The translations under genes were made by a program, and so were the position numbers. Below the pieces are notes generated by a model. That model made no database searches. It was not told the DNA's origin and worked only from the letters and a program-made list of their open reading frames with translations. From Sphaerochaetaceae bacterium (GTDB taxonomy: Bacteria > Spirochaetota > Spirochaetia > Sphaerochaetales > Sphaerochaetaceae), in contig CAVCYP010000001.1 in the NCBI GenBank assembly GCA_963606545.1, forward strand, positions 1,613 through 65,612: DNA of 64,000 nucleotides. The letters are read 5' to 3'. Every line of letters starts with the position of its first letter. Position 1 is the stretch's first letter. This document shows, one piece after another, positions 28,146-36,613 of this stretch.

Positions 28146-29132
28146 TTGAAAAATATGAAAGTAGATAAAGAAACAATAAAAGCTAGAAGCCAGCTTTACA
28201 GCGCAATCAGAAGTTTTTTTGACAAAAGAGATTATTTAGAAGTTGAAACCCCAACTTTATCTCCAGATCTCATTCCAGAGGCCACAATAGATAATTTTGT
28301 CACCACCTTCATCAATGAATTTGAAGGAAGCCGCGAACTATATATGATTCCAAGTCCTGAAGTCTTCATGAAAAGATTAATAGCCAGTGGAAGTGGTTCA
28401 ATTTACCAGATTTCAAAATGCTTCAGAAACTGTGAACAAATTGGAGATATTCACAACCCAGAATTCTCAATGCTGGAATATTACACTGTAGATTTTGATG
28501 AAATGGACTCAATTAAGTTGACAGAAGAATTTCTCAAAGAAACAGCCCTACCAAACTCTCCGCAAAGCGTTCTAAAGCCATTTGAAATTCTAAGCGTTCA
28601 TGATGCAGTAGCAAAATATGCAAATGGTACAGACCTAGACCAACTACAAAATCCAAAAGATTTAAGAAATCAAGCGGAAAAGCTTGGCCTCTTAATTCCA
28701 GGCCCTGAAAGTTGGGACGACACTTTTAACAGAATCTTTATTAACTTTGTGGAGCCAAATCTTCCAAAAGATCACCCCGTTTGTCTTATAGACTATCCAA
28801 AACAAATTGAATGTTTAGCAGAGCAAAAGGGCAACTATAGACGCCGTTGGGAGCTATACATCAATGGTATGGAGGTTGCAAACTGCTACTTGGAAGAGCG
28901 GGATGTTCAGACGGTAAATGATTATTACAGAAAGGAATATCAGAAGCTAACAGACAATAGATATAATACCGGTAAAGTAATTCCAGATATAGATATTAGC
29001 TTTGCCGATATCTTTGCAACCTTTCCAAAATGCTCGGGAGTTGCTATGGGCTTGGACAGACTTCTCATGGTGGAAACCGGCAAGAAAAACATCAATGATG
29101 TGCTAACCTTCCCCTTCCAGATATTCTATTGA
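28146..29132 (+). CDS. epmA: Elongation factor P--(R)-beta-lysine ligase (EpmA/PoxA/GenX)
   Basis: 328 aa. Class II aaRS core without an anticodon domain (FRNCEQIGDIHNPEFSMLEYY, GVAMGLDRLLM). Adjacent to efp and epmB. The start may be the ATG at 28155 rather than the TTG at 28146. Confidence 0.8.
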   Translation: MKNMKVDKETIKARSQLYSAIRSFFDKRDYLEVETPTLSPDLIPEATIDNFVTTFINEFEGSRELYMIPSPEVFMKRLIASGSGSIYQISKCFRNCEQIGDIHNPEFSMLEYYTVDFDEMDSIKLTEEFLKETALPNSPQSVLKPFEILSVHDAVAKYANGTDLDQLQNPKDLRNQAEKLGLLIPGPESWDDTFNRIFINFVEPNLPKDHPVCLIDYPKQIECLAEQKGNYRRRWELYINGMEVANCYLEERDVQTVNDYYRKEYQKLTDNRYNTGKVIPDIDISFADIFATFPKCSGVAMGLDRLLMVETGKKNINDVLTFPFQIFY

Positions 29133-29210
29133 TTAAACATATTATTTAGTGATAACATAACTTTCGCTAATTCTATTGTAATTCTATTTGTACACAAGAG
29201 GTGATTAACT

Positions 29211-29774
29211 ATGATCAAAGCTGGACAGATTGATAAAGGTACAGCATTGTTAATTAAGGGTCAGCCATTTATTTGTATTGACCGTGAATTTGTAAACCCA
29301 GGAAAAGGTTCTGCATTTGTCAGACTTAAGCTCAAGAGCCCATCAACAGGTCAAGTCCTTCAGGAGACAATGAAGAGCCAGGACAACGCTGAAGATATCA
29401 ATGTTGAAATGATGGATTTCCAGTATACCTACAATGATGGTGAAAACTTCCACATGATGAATGTTGACAACTATGAAGAGCTTGAAGTTCCAATGGCAAA
29501 CTTCCCAGACTATCAGTATCTGATGAAAGACGGCGAAACCTACAGATGCACCGTCTATGCAGAGCAGATTCTTGACATCCAGATTCCTTCAAAGGTTGTT
29601 TATCTTGTTGCTGAAGCTGAAGAAGCTATCAAAGGTGATACCGTTCAGGGTGCAACCAAGTATGTCACAACAGAGACTGGCCTCAGAGTAAGAGTTCCAA
29701 TCTTCATCAAGCAGGGTGAAAAGATTCGTGTCAACACAGAGACCAAGGAATATCTTGAAAGAGTCAATAGCTAA
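29211..29774 (+). CDS. efp: Translation elongation factor P
   Basis: 187 aa. Typical EF-P with the modification loop VNPGKGSAFVRLKLK. GAGG RBS upstream. Confidence 0.95.
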   Translation: MIKAGQIDKGTALLIKGQPFICIDREFVNPGKGSAFVRLKLKSPSTGQVLQETMKSQDNAEDINVEMMDFQYTYNDGENFHMMNVDNYEELEVPMANFPDYQYLMKDGETYRCTVYAEQILDIQIPSKVVYLVAEAEEAIKGDTVQGATKYVTTETGLRVRVPIFIKQGEKIRVNTETKEYLERVNS

Positions 29775-29796
29775 TTGACACCAAAGTATTTAGTTT

Positions 29797-29829
29797 AGGC
29801 TGTTGCGAAAGCGACAGCCTTAATTTTTA
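29797..29829 (+). terminator. Rho-independent terminator after efp
   Basis: 10-bp stem aggctgttgc / gcgacagcct (one G-U pair) closing a GAAA tetraloop, followed by taattttta. Confidence 0.7.
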
Positions 29830-29866
29830 TCGTACGACGCTCGCGCAGGGAAAGCAGGGGAAAATC

Positions 29867-30916
29867 ATGAAAGACATCCATTCAATGGAAGAACTAGGAA
29901 AATATCTCAATCTAACAGAACAGGAGCTAGCCTGGAAAGAAAGTCCAATAAGCGTTCCTTTAAGCATCACGGCTCACTATCTGGCTCTCATTAATCCAAA
30001 CGACCCCGCAGATCCCCTTCGCCGCCAGGTGGTGCCCACGGCAAAAGAAAACCAAACCAACAGCACAGAAAGCGACGACCCCCTTGCAGAAGTTCCCCAC
30101 AGCAAAACAGAGCGCCTCATTCACAGGTACACCAACCGCGTAGCCTTCCTTGCAACCGACCTCTGTCCCATGTACTGTCGCCACTGCTTCAGACGCCGTT
30201 TTACCGGCAACCTCATGGGCCCCGCCAGTCACCAAGACATAGAACAGGCCGCAAACTACCTAGCCCAACACCCAGAAGTCAAAGAAATCCTCATCACCGG
30301 AGGCGACCCACTGACCCTCTCAAACGAGCAACTTGACTATCTCATCACCGCCTTACGCAAAGCCAGCCCGCGTCTTATCATCCGCATCTGCACCCGCTAC
30401 CCCGTCTCCCAGCCCTCCCGCATCACAGAAGACCTCATAGCCGTACTCAAAAAGCACAACACCGCCCCCTTCTACCTCCTCACCCAGTTCAACCACCCGC
30501 GCGAACTGACAGCAGAAAGTATCAAAGCCGTCTCGCTCTTCGTGGACGCCGGCATCCCAGCACTAAACCAAACCGTCCTACTACGCAACGTAAACGACAA
30601 CCCCGATACTCTAGAAAAGCTCTGTAATGACCTATTATTTAATAGAATAAAGCCCTACTACCTCTTCCAAGGGGATATGGTAACAGGCACCAGCGACTTT
30701 AGAGTTCCGCTAAAACGAGGTATGGAAATAGAAAAGGAGTTAAGAAAAAGATTATCGGGTTTGGGGATGCCAAACTACTGCGCGGACCTGCCAGAGGGAG
30801 GCGGAAAAGTACCGCTTTGTGGCTCCTATATTGAGCAGGCGCCGGAAAAAGAAACAGGGTCCTGGAAAATCAGAACCCTGGATGGCGACTTCAGGATCTT
30901 AACAGATCCGGTCTAA
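29867..30916 (+). CDS. epmB: EF-P beta-lysylation protein EpmB (lysine 2,3-aminomutase family, radical SAM)
   Basis: 349 aa. CPMYCRHCFRRR (CxxxCxxC) and KamA-family sequence. Context with efp and epmA. Confidence 0.8.
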   Translation: MKDIHSMEELGKYLNLTEQELAWKESPISVPLSITAHYLALINPNDPADPLRRQVVPTAKENQTNSTESDDPLAEVPHSKTERLIHRYTNRVAFLATDLCPMYCRHCFRRRFTGNLMGPASHQDIEQAANYLAQHPEVKEILITGGDPLTLSNEQLDYLITALRKASPRLIIRICTRYPVSQPSRITEDLIAVLKKHNTAPFYLLTQFNHPRELTAESIKAVSLFVDAGIPALNQTVLLRNVNDNPDTLEKLCNDLLFNRIKPYYLFQGDMVTGTSDFRVPLKRGMEIEKELRKRLSGLGMPNYCADLPEGGGKVPLCGSYIEQAPEKETGSWKIRTLDGDFRILTDPV

Positions 30917-30925
30917 GTGATGGAA

Positions 30926-31360
30926 TTAGTCTTCAAGTAGCGAGAGAATATCGGAAATTTCCTCGTTTCTAATCTGATCTCTGATAGCGTTGTAATCCGG
31001 CTCAACCTCAGTCATAGCGGAAATTTTCTGCTCCAGTTTCTCATCAATCAAAGCCTCAATCTTGCTTTCAAGCTCATTAGAAAGCTCATCAGAAAGCCCA
31101 GTTGAAAGCTCAGTTTTTGCACCTGCAATCTGGCTATTGAGCTCTGCCTCAAGTTCAGACTCAAGCTCAGACTTAATTTCAGACTTAAGCTCAGCTTTGA
31201 GTTCTTCCTTGGACTCTGTTGAAAGAGTTGCGGTATTGGTAAACAAACTGCTTATATCAAAGCCCTCTGGTTTTGTAACAAAAATTACAGCACCGCAGTA
31301 GATGACAAGCATAATTAAAATTGTAAGTAGAATGATATTATTTTTCTTCATTATTCTCAT
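30926..31360 (-). CDS. Hypothetical membrane-anchored protein with a periodic acidic SEL[EK] repeat
   Basis: 144 aa. N-terminal TM (IILLTILIMLVIYCGAVIFV), then KEELKAELKSEIKSELESELEAELNSQ...SDELSNELESKIEALIDEKLEQKI. Overlaps the coaE 3' end by 14-23 nt. Confidence 0.55.
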   Translation of the reverse strand: MRIMKKNNIILLTILIMLVIYCGAVIFVTKPEGFDISSLFTNTATLSTESKEELKAELKSEIKSELESELEAELNSQIAGAKTELSTGLSDELSNELESKIEALIDEKLEQKISAMTEVEPDYNAIRDQIRNEEISDILSLLED

Positions 31361-31967
31361 TCTCCTGTTGAGATATCGAATTTATTCTATCACATATAAT
31401 ATTTATTTGTCTAATTAGTTCAAGCTCTTTAGTGTTTTTATCATTCTTTAAAACCCAAATTGGCGCGCGATATTCGTTGTTTTTTTCGTTATTTCTGAAG
31501 TCAACGTCCGTTTGAGCAGCCTCACGTTTTTCAAAGTCTTCTTTGGTAATGCAATCCCTCTTTAAAGCCCTTTGTAGCCTATCTTCAAAAGGGGCATCCA
31601 CATAGACTATGGCACTACAAAGTTCATCTAACTTTGCCCTTTTTAAAAGAGCTCCATTTAAGAAAGTGACCGGCCTAGACAGCCTAGCTATTTCCTTTCT
31701 AAGCCAAGAATAAAGAATATTTTCCAAAGCTTCTCGCTTTTGGGGATTATCAAACACCACCTTGCCCAAAGCTTTTCTTGAAACAGTGCCATCCTTGTTG
31801 AAAACCTCCGGGCCAAAGGCCTTCTTTATTTCACTAGTAATTGAGTCAAGCTCAAAAGCTTTATGGCAAAGCTCATCTAAATCAAGAACCCAGAGGCCTC
31901 TTTTTTTTAAAAGCTCTCCAACGTAATTCTTTCCACTGCAACTCTTTCCAACAAGACCAATATACAT
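31338..31967 (-). CDS. coaE: Dephospho-CoA kinase
   Basis: P-loop GLVGKSCSGKN. The preferred ATG at 31967 overlaps the polA TGA by 1 nt (TGATG). The track ORF extends to 31985. Confidence 0.8.
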   Translation of the reverse strand: MYIGLVGKSCSGKNYVGELLKKRGLWVLDLDELCHKAFELDSITSEIKKAFGPEVFNKDGTVSRKALGKVVFDNPQKREALENILYSWLRKEIARLSRPVTFLNGALLKRAKLDELCSAIVYVDAPFEDRLQRALKRDCITKEDFEKREAAQTDVDFRNNEKNNEYRAPIWVLKNDKNTKELELIRQINIICDRINSISQQENENNEEK

Positions 31968-34810
31968 CAGTGCATCTGCCCCCAACTGGAGCCTGTTTCA
32001 AGACCCACCTTAAGAGGAATACTAAGCTTATAGGCATTTTCCATACAAGAACGCACCAAGGTTGTCATTTGATCTACTTCCTCAAGAGGCACTTCAAAAA
32101 TCATTTCATCATGTACTTGGAGCAGCATCTTAGATTTCAAACCTTTTTCTTTGATAGTATTTGAAAGACTAATCATGGCAAGCTTCATAATCTCAGCAGC
32201 AGTTCCCTGGATAATAGTATTAACAGCAATTCTTTCAGCACCCGCCAAAACCGCCTTGTTAGAGGACTTCATTTCCGGAATAAATCTGACATGTCCCATG
32301 GCAGTTTTAACATAACCATCTTCTCTAGCTTGAACCTTAACTTGTTCAATAAAATTTTTCACCCCGCTGTACTCTTCAAAGTAAAGATCAATGAATTTCT
32401 TGGCATCGGTTCTTGAGATTTTAAGGTCTTTTGATAGCCTAAAAGCGGACATTCCGTACATAATTCCAAAGTTTATTGTCTTAGCGGCCCTTCTTTGCTG
32501 AGAAGTAACCAGCTCAGGGAACACCTTAAAAATCTTGGCTGCGGTGGCCTTGTGAACATCTTCACCGGCAGTAAAAGCCCCCTTGAGATTCTCATCCTCA
32601 GAGATATGGGCAAGCACCACAAGTTCAATCTGAGAGTAATCTGCAGACATCAAAGTGCAACCATTCTTTGGAACAAAAGCGGCTCTAATCCTTCTTCCCT
32701 CTTCAGTTCTGATTGGAATATTTTGTAGGTTAGGATTCTTACTGGAAAGTCTTCCGGTGGCAGTACCAGTTTGGAAGAAAGAAGTATGAATACGTCCCGT
32801 TTGAGGATTAATCAAAGTAGGAAGAGTTACAACATAGGTGCTAAGCAACTTATTTAGCAGCCTGTAACGTAAAATCAAAGGAGGAACAGGATCCTCAGTT
32901 GAAGCAGAAAGCTCCTCTAGAACATCTGAATCAGTAGAAAAACCTGAGTGAGTTTTCCTGCCAGTAGGAAGATTCCTATCCACGAACAAAACTTCCTGTA
33001 ATTGCTTTGGAGAATTAAGATTAAATTCTTTGCCACAGAGAGCAAAAATACTCTCCTGGACCTCAGAAATCTCTTTTTCAAGATCCGCTTTAAAAGTCTC
33101 AAGCCGGCTTGGATCTAAAAGAACCCCTTCAAGCTCCATATTGCAAAGAATCTCTACCAGAGGCATCTCCATGCTAAAGAAGGCCTCTTCAAGCCCACCC
33201 TTTTGGAGCATAGGCAATAAAGTCTCGTAAAGCCGCAAGGTAATATCACTATCTTCAGCTCCATAGCGGACAGCAGTATCCAACGCTATGTCACTAAAGA
33301 GCTTTCCCTCAGGCACAACGTCTTCAAACTTAACAGTATCATAGTCCAAATACTTCTTGGCTAAATCATCTAGGTTATAACGAGAGGCAGAAGAATCCAC
33401 CATCCAAGCCATAATCATGGTATCCGCAAAAGCAGTAACGCCCAAAACTCCCCAACGACGCAGAACTTTTAAATCATATTTTATATTCTGGCCAACCACC
33501 TTAAAGCGCACCAAATGCTTTGCCAAAACTGCTTTGGCCTCCTCATCTGAAACATAGCGCTGATTTTCAGCAACAAGGGCAACATAATAGGCCTCCTTAG
33601 CTTTTGTAGCAAAAGAAAAGCCTACAGGGACCGCTTTCATGTCATCTTCACTGGTAGTTTCAAGGTCAAAAGCCACAATGCTACCGTCTGGAATTTCACT
33701 CAGAGCCTTTTCTAAGTCAGAAGCTGTAGTTATGGCTTTATAGGAACCTTTTTCTGAAGAATTATCTGGAATTTTTGGACCCTCAGATAAAGGACCAGAT
33801 AAAGGACCAGGCAAAGGCCCAAACAAAGGACCAAACAGAGATGGCTCATTATCTGAAGCTTCAACTTTTCCCTTACTCTTAGTTTTTGTGCTAGAAGTCT
33901 TAGGCTCAGAGCTCTTAATAAACCTAGAAGCACTTACTGCCAGCTTTTCAGCTCCAATCTCATTGAAAAGCTCAACCCCGCGAGCCCAGTCAATATCAGA
34001 AGTAGTATATTTTCCAAAGTCCTCAACGGTCATTGAGAACAGATCATCCTTTAGCGTAATCAAATCATGAGAAAGCTGTAAATGGTCCTTTGCTGCCTCA
34101 AGCTTGGCCTGTATTCCCTTGGACAAAAGTCCAAGGTTTTTATAGACCTCCTGAAGAGAACCATACTCTGAAAGCAGCTTAACGGCCCCTTTTTCGCCTA
34201 TACCTGCTATTCCTGGGACATTGTCTGAGCTATCACCAAGGATTGTTAGGTAATCAATAATCTGTCCTGGACCAACTCCAAACAGCTCTTTAACTTCCTC
34301 ATCACTGCAGAGCTTATACTCATGTTCTCCTTTTTTAGGAGGTCTTAGAGCACTCACTCCTGGGCGCACCAACTGAAGCAAATCCTTGTCTCCAGTAACC
34401 ATGACAGCATCAATACTACAAGCCTGAGCGTTCCTACAGATGGTGGCAACAATGTCATCCGCCTCCATGCCCATCTGAGCATAGTGCGGGATTTTCATAG
34501 CATCCAAAATACGTTCAATTACGGGAATTTGTGCATGTAAATCTTCAGGCGTCTTGTCCCTGTTGGCCTTGTACTGGTCGTACATTTGGTGTCTGAACGT
34601 CTTGCCCTTTGAATCCATGGCAACAATCAAATAATCCGGATTGTACTGCCTAATTAACATCATAATAATGTTAAAAAAACCAAACACAGCGGATACATTG
34701 TTGCCATTCTTATCCTTTAGCGGATTAGTAATAAAAGCAAAATAAGACCTATAAATCTGGCCATACCCATCAACAATAAAAACACGTTTTTTCTGTGAAT
34801 CTGAGCTCAT
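31967..34810 (-). CDS. polA: DNA polymerase I (5' nuclease, 3'-5' exonuclease and polymerase domains)
   Basis: 947 aa. 5'-nuclease N-terminus, ExoI motif VAFDLETTS, and polymerase motifs DYSQIELVVLAH and LLQVHDEMIFE. Confidence 0.95.
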   Translation of the reverse strand: MSSDSQKKRVFIVDGYGQIYRSYFAFITNPLKDKNGNNVSAVFGFFNIIMMLIRQYNPDYLIVAMDSKGKTFRHQMYDQYKANRDKTPEDLHAQIPVIERILDAMKIPHYAQMGMEADDIVATICRNAQACSIDAVMVTGDKDLLQLVRPGVSALRPPKKGEHEYKLCSDEEVKELFGVGPGQIIDYLTILGDSSDNVPGIAGIGEKGAVKLLSEYGSLQEVYKNLGLLSKGIQAKLEAAKDHLQLSHDLITLKDDLFSMTVEDFGKYTTSDIDWARGVELFNEIGAEKLAVSASRFIKSSEPKTSSTKTKSKGKVEASDNEPSLFGPLFGPLPGPLSGPLSEGPKIPDNSSEKGSYKAITTASDLEKALSEIPDGSIVAFDLETTSEDDMKAVPVGFSFATKAKEAYYVALVAENQRYVSDEEAKAVLAKHLVRFKVVGQNIKYDLKVLRRWGVLGVTAFADTMIMAWMVDSSASRYNLDDLAKKYLDYDTVKFEDVVPEGKLFSDIALDTAVRYGAEDSDITLRLYETLLPMLQKGGLEEAFFSMEMPLVEILCNMELEGVLLDPSRLETFKADLEKEISEVQESIFALCGKEFNLNSPKQLQEVLFVDRNLPTGRKTHSGFSTDSDVLEELSASTEDPVPPLILRYRLLNKLLSTYVVTLPTLINPQTGRIHTSFFQTGTATGRLSSKNPNLQNIPIRTEEGRRIRAAFVPKNGCTLMSADYSQIELVVLAHISEDENLKGAFTAGEDVHKATAAKIFKVFPELVTSQQRRAAKTINFGIMYGMSAFRLSKDLKISRTDAKKFIDLYFEEYSGVKNFIEQVKVQAREDGYVKTAMGHVRFIPEMKSSNKAVLAGAERIAVNTIIQGTAAEIMKLAMISLSNTIKEKGLKSKMLLQVHDEMIFEVPLEEVDQMTTLVRSCMENAYKLSIPLKVGLETGSSWGQMH
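33786..33833 (-). repeat. 12-bp tandem repeat x4 inside polA (encodes (F/S/P)GPL x4)
   Basis: gataaaggacca, gataaaggacca, ggcaaaggccca, aacaaaggacca. The protein reads SLFGPLFGPLPGPLSGPLSEGP. Confidence 0.9.
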
Positions 34811-34819
34811 ACAGGCCTC

Positions 34820-35062
34820 TTATAAGTTCTTATTGATGGTATCCTTAACTGCTTCACTTACAGTTTCAGAGACAGCCTCCTTGGCATCCTCAACCAATTC
34901 TTCAGCCTTTTTAGTCACCTCTGGGGAACTCTTAATACTTACCCCAAAAAGCCTTTCCGAGGTATCTGGCAGAAAGAAAAACACAACAAAAAAACTAATA
35001 ACAGCTAGCAACATAGCCTTAAAAAAACCAGAAATCTTTCTACCACTTTTTGACATAAACAC
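34820..35062 (-). CDS. Small membrane-anchored protein (hypothetical)
   Basis: 80 aa. One TM (FFKAMLLAVISFFVVFFFL) followed by an acidic helical tail. Lies 9 nt upstream of polA on the same strand. Confidence 0.5.
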   Translation of the reverse strand: MFMSKSGRKISGFFKAMLLAVISFFVVFFFLPDTSERLFGVSIKSSPEVTKKAEELVEDAKEAVSETVSEAVKDTINKNL

Positions 35063-35067
35063 CCCGT

Positions 35068-35667
35068 TTAAAATATTTTCATCTGAATAGACAACGACAC
35101 CTGACCATTCTTGATGCCCTCAGAACTTGGAAGAAGCGCTTTCCAATTGCTTTCATTTATAGAAAACTCAGTTGGAATAGTATAGGCAAAACCAATAGAC
35201 ATAACAGGACCAGTAAGAATATCCAACATTAATCTAATATTTATAGGCCCATCCTTTATTGCCTCAAGAAGGTTTTTACCGTTTGAAATCTCAAGCTCAT
35301 CAGCCTGCTTAGTCCTATTAGAATAAATGTAAGCTATTCTAGGCCCAGCAGTTATCCCCAACTTCACAACCTCAAACAGCTCTACAGAAACCCCAGCTGA
35401 AAGAATTCCAGCCAAGCGCAAGGTATCAGAATCCAAAACCGATATTTCTCCAACTCCATCCAGTTGAAAATGGCAGATATTCATCCTTCCCTCAAGACCT
35501 ATACCAACGTTGTCAGTATCAAACTTAGTAGAATCTTTTGCCGTCTTATCTTGGGCATAACTCAAATTTGCACCAAAACCAATAGAAAAAACATCGTTAG
35601 AAAAAATTGGCATTAACACAATTAAAAATAAAAGAATAAAAACGAAACTCGCCTTGCTCTTTAACAT
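35068..35667 (-). CDS. Small secreted beta-barrel-like (OMP-like) protein, paralogue A
   Basis: 199 aa. Signal peptide, alternating-hydrophobicity segments, C-terminal ...SLSIQMKIF. Shares the motif PTxxSIxExNW with 35919..36509. Confidence 0.55.
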   Translation of the reverse strand: MLKSKASFVFILLFLIVLMPIFSNDVFSIGFGANLSYAQDKTAKDSTKFDTDNVGIGLEGRMNICHFQLDGVGEISVLDSDTLRLAGILSAGVSVELFEVVKLGITAGPRIAYIYSNRTKQADELEISNGKNLLEAIKDGPINIRLMLDILTGPVMSIGFAYTIPTEFSINESNWKALLPSSEGIKNGQVSLSIQMKIF

Positions 35668-35820
35668 TCAAGTTCACCTCAGTGTAATTATATAGTAATT
35701 AATACAAATATTAAAACTGTTTTTTCGAAGGTATTCATACCGTAGACAAGGATGCAAGCGAGGGATAGTGCTCTTGTGCACAGTCCAAGCATACGACGCA
35801 GTATACGGCGTAAAGACCAA

Positions 35821-35870
35821 GAAAAAAGGCTGTAATCTTACTGGTTTTGCTAGCCAGCTTTATTACAGCC
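35821..35870 (-). terminator. Rho-independent terminator after the 35919..36509 gene
   Basis: Minus strand: ggctgtaat ... attacagcc (9-bp stem with an inner ctgg/ccag stem) followed by TTTTTT (plus-strand A-run 35822-35827). Confidence 0.65.
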
Positions 35871-35918
35871 CCAATCTTCTCAACTAAATTTTAAAAATTG
35901 CAGATTACTGAACGCACC

Positions 35919-36509
35919 TTACAGAAGTGCAAAACCAACGCTTACACCAATCTGTGCGGACTTCCAATTATCGCTAATTGTAGAAATAATCTCTGACCAG
36001 TTATTCTCTTCAATGGAAACGCCAGTAGGAAGTGTTGCATAAGCACCAACTACAATTGGTCCAAGAAGAACATCTACGCCTGTGTAGATATCAAAGCAAG
36101 CCTTCTTGAACTCATCAAAACTGTTTGCGTTACGACCAAAGGCAACAGCCTCAGTTTTTGTATCATAAGAATACTGATATCCAAGACCAGCCTTAATTCT
36201 AACAAACGCAATATCCACTGCAAGGTTTGCAGAAACAATACCGTTAATCATAACATCACCATCAGTATTCTTTGCAAAGAAGCCCTTAGCATTAACATCC
36301 ACAAAAAGTACCTTAAGATCAACATCAGCACCAAACTTGAAGTCTTCCATCTTAAGTTCCTTAACATCAACCTTACCCTCAGTTGCTGCACCAAGTTCAG
36401 CCTTCTGATAAGCACCAGTTGCACCAACGGTAAGCCCTAAAAAATCTGTAGCAAAAACACATGCAGGAATCAATGCTGCAAGAATAAGAATAGTCAAAAC
36501 CTTTTTCAT
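35919..36509 (-). CDS. Small secreted beta-barrel-like (OMP-like) protein, paralogue B
   Basis: 196 aa. Signal peptide MKKVLTILILAALIPACVFA, beta-strand-like alternation, AGGAG RBS. Confidence 0.6.
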   Translation of the reverse strand: MKKVLTILILAALIPACVFATDFLGLTVGATGAYQKAELGAATEGKVDVKELKMEDFKFGADVDLKVLFVDVNAKGFFAKNTDGDVMINGIVSANLAVDIAFVRIKAGLGYQYSYDTKTEAVAFGRNANSFDEFKKACFDIYTGVDVLLGPIVVGAYATLPTGVSIEENNWSEIISTISDNWKSAQIGVSVGFALL

Positions 36510-36613
36510 TTACTTCTCCTGAAGAGGTCTAAAACCTCTCAAAAAAAATTATTTGCCATCCCTTGAGCCGGCAGAAGTATTAACAAACAACGTTCGTTAA
36601 AGTTACAAATCAC

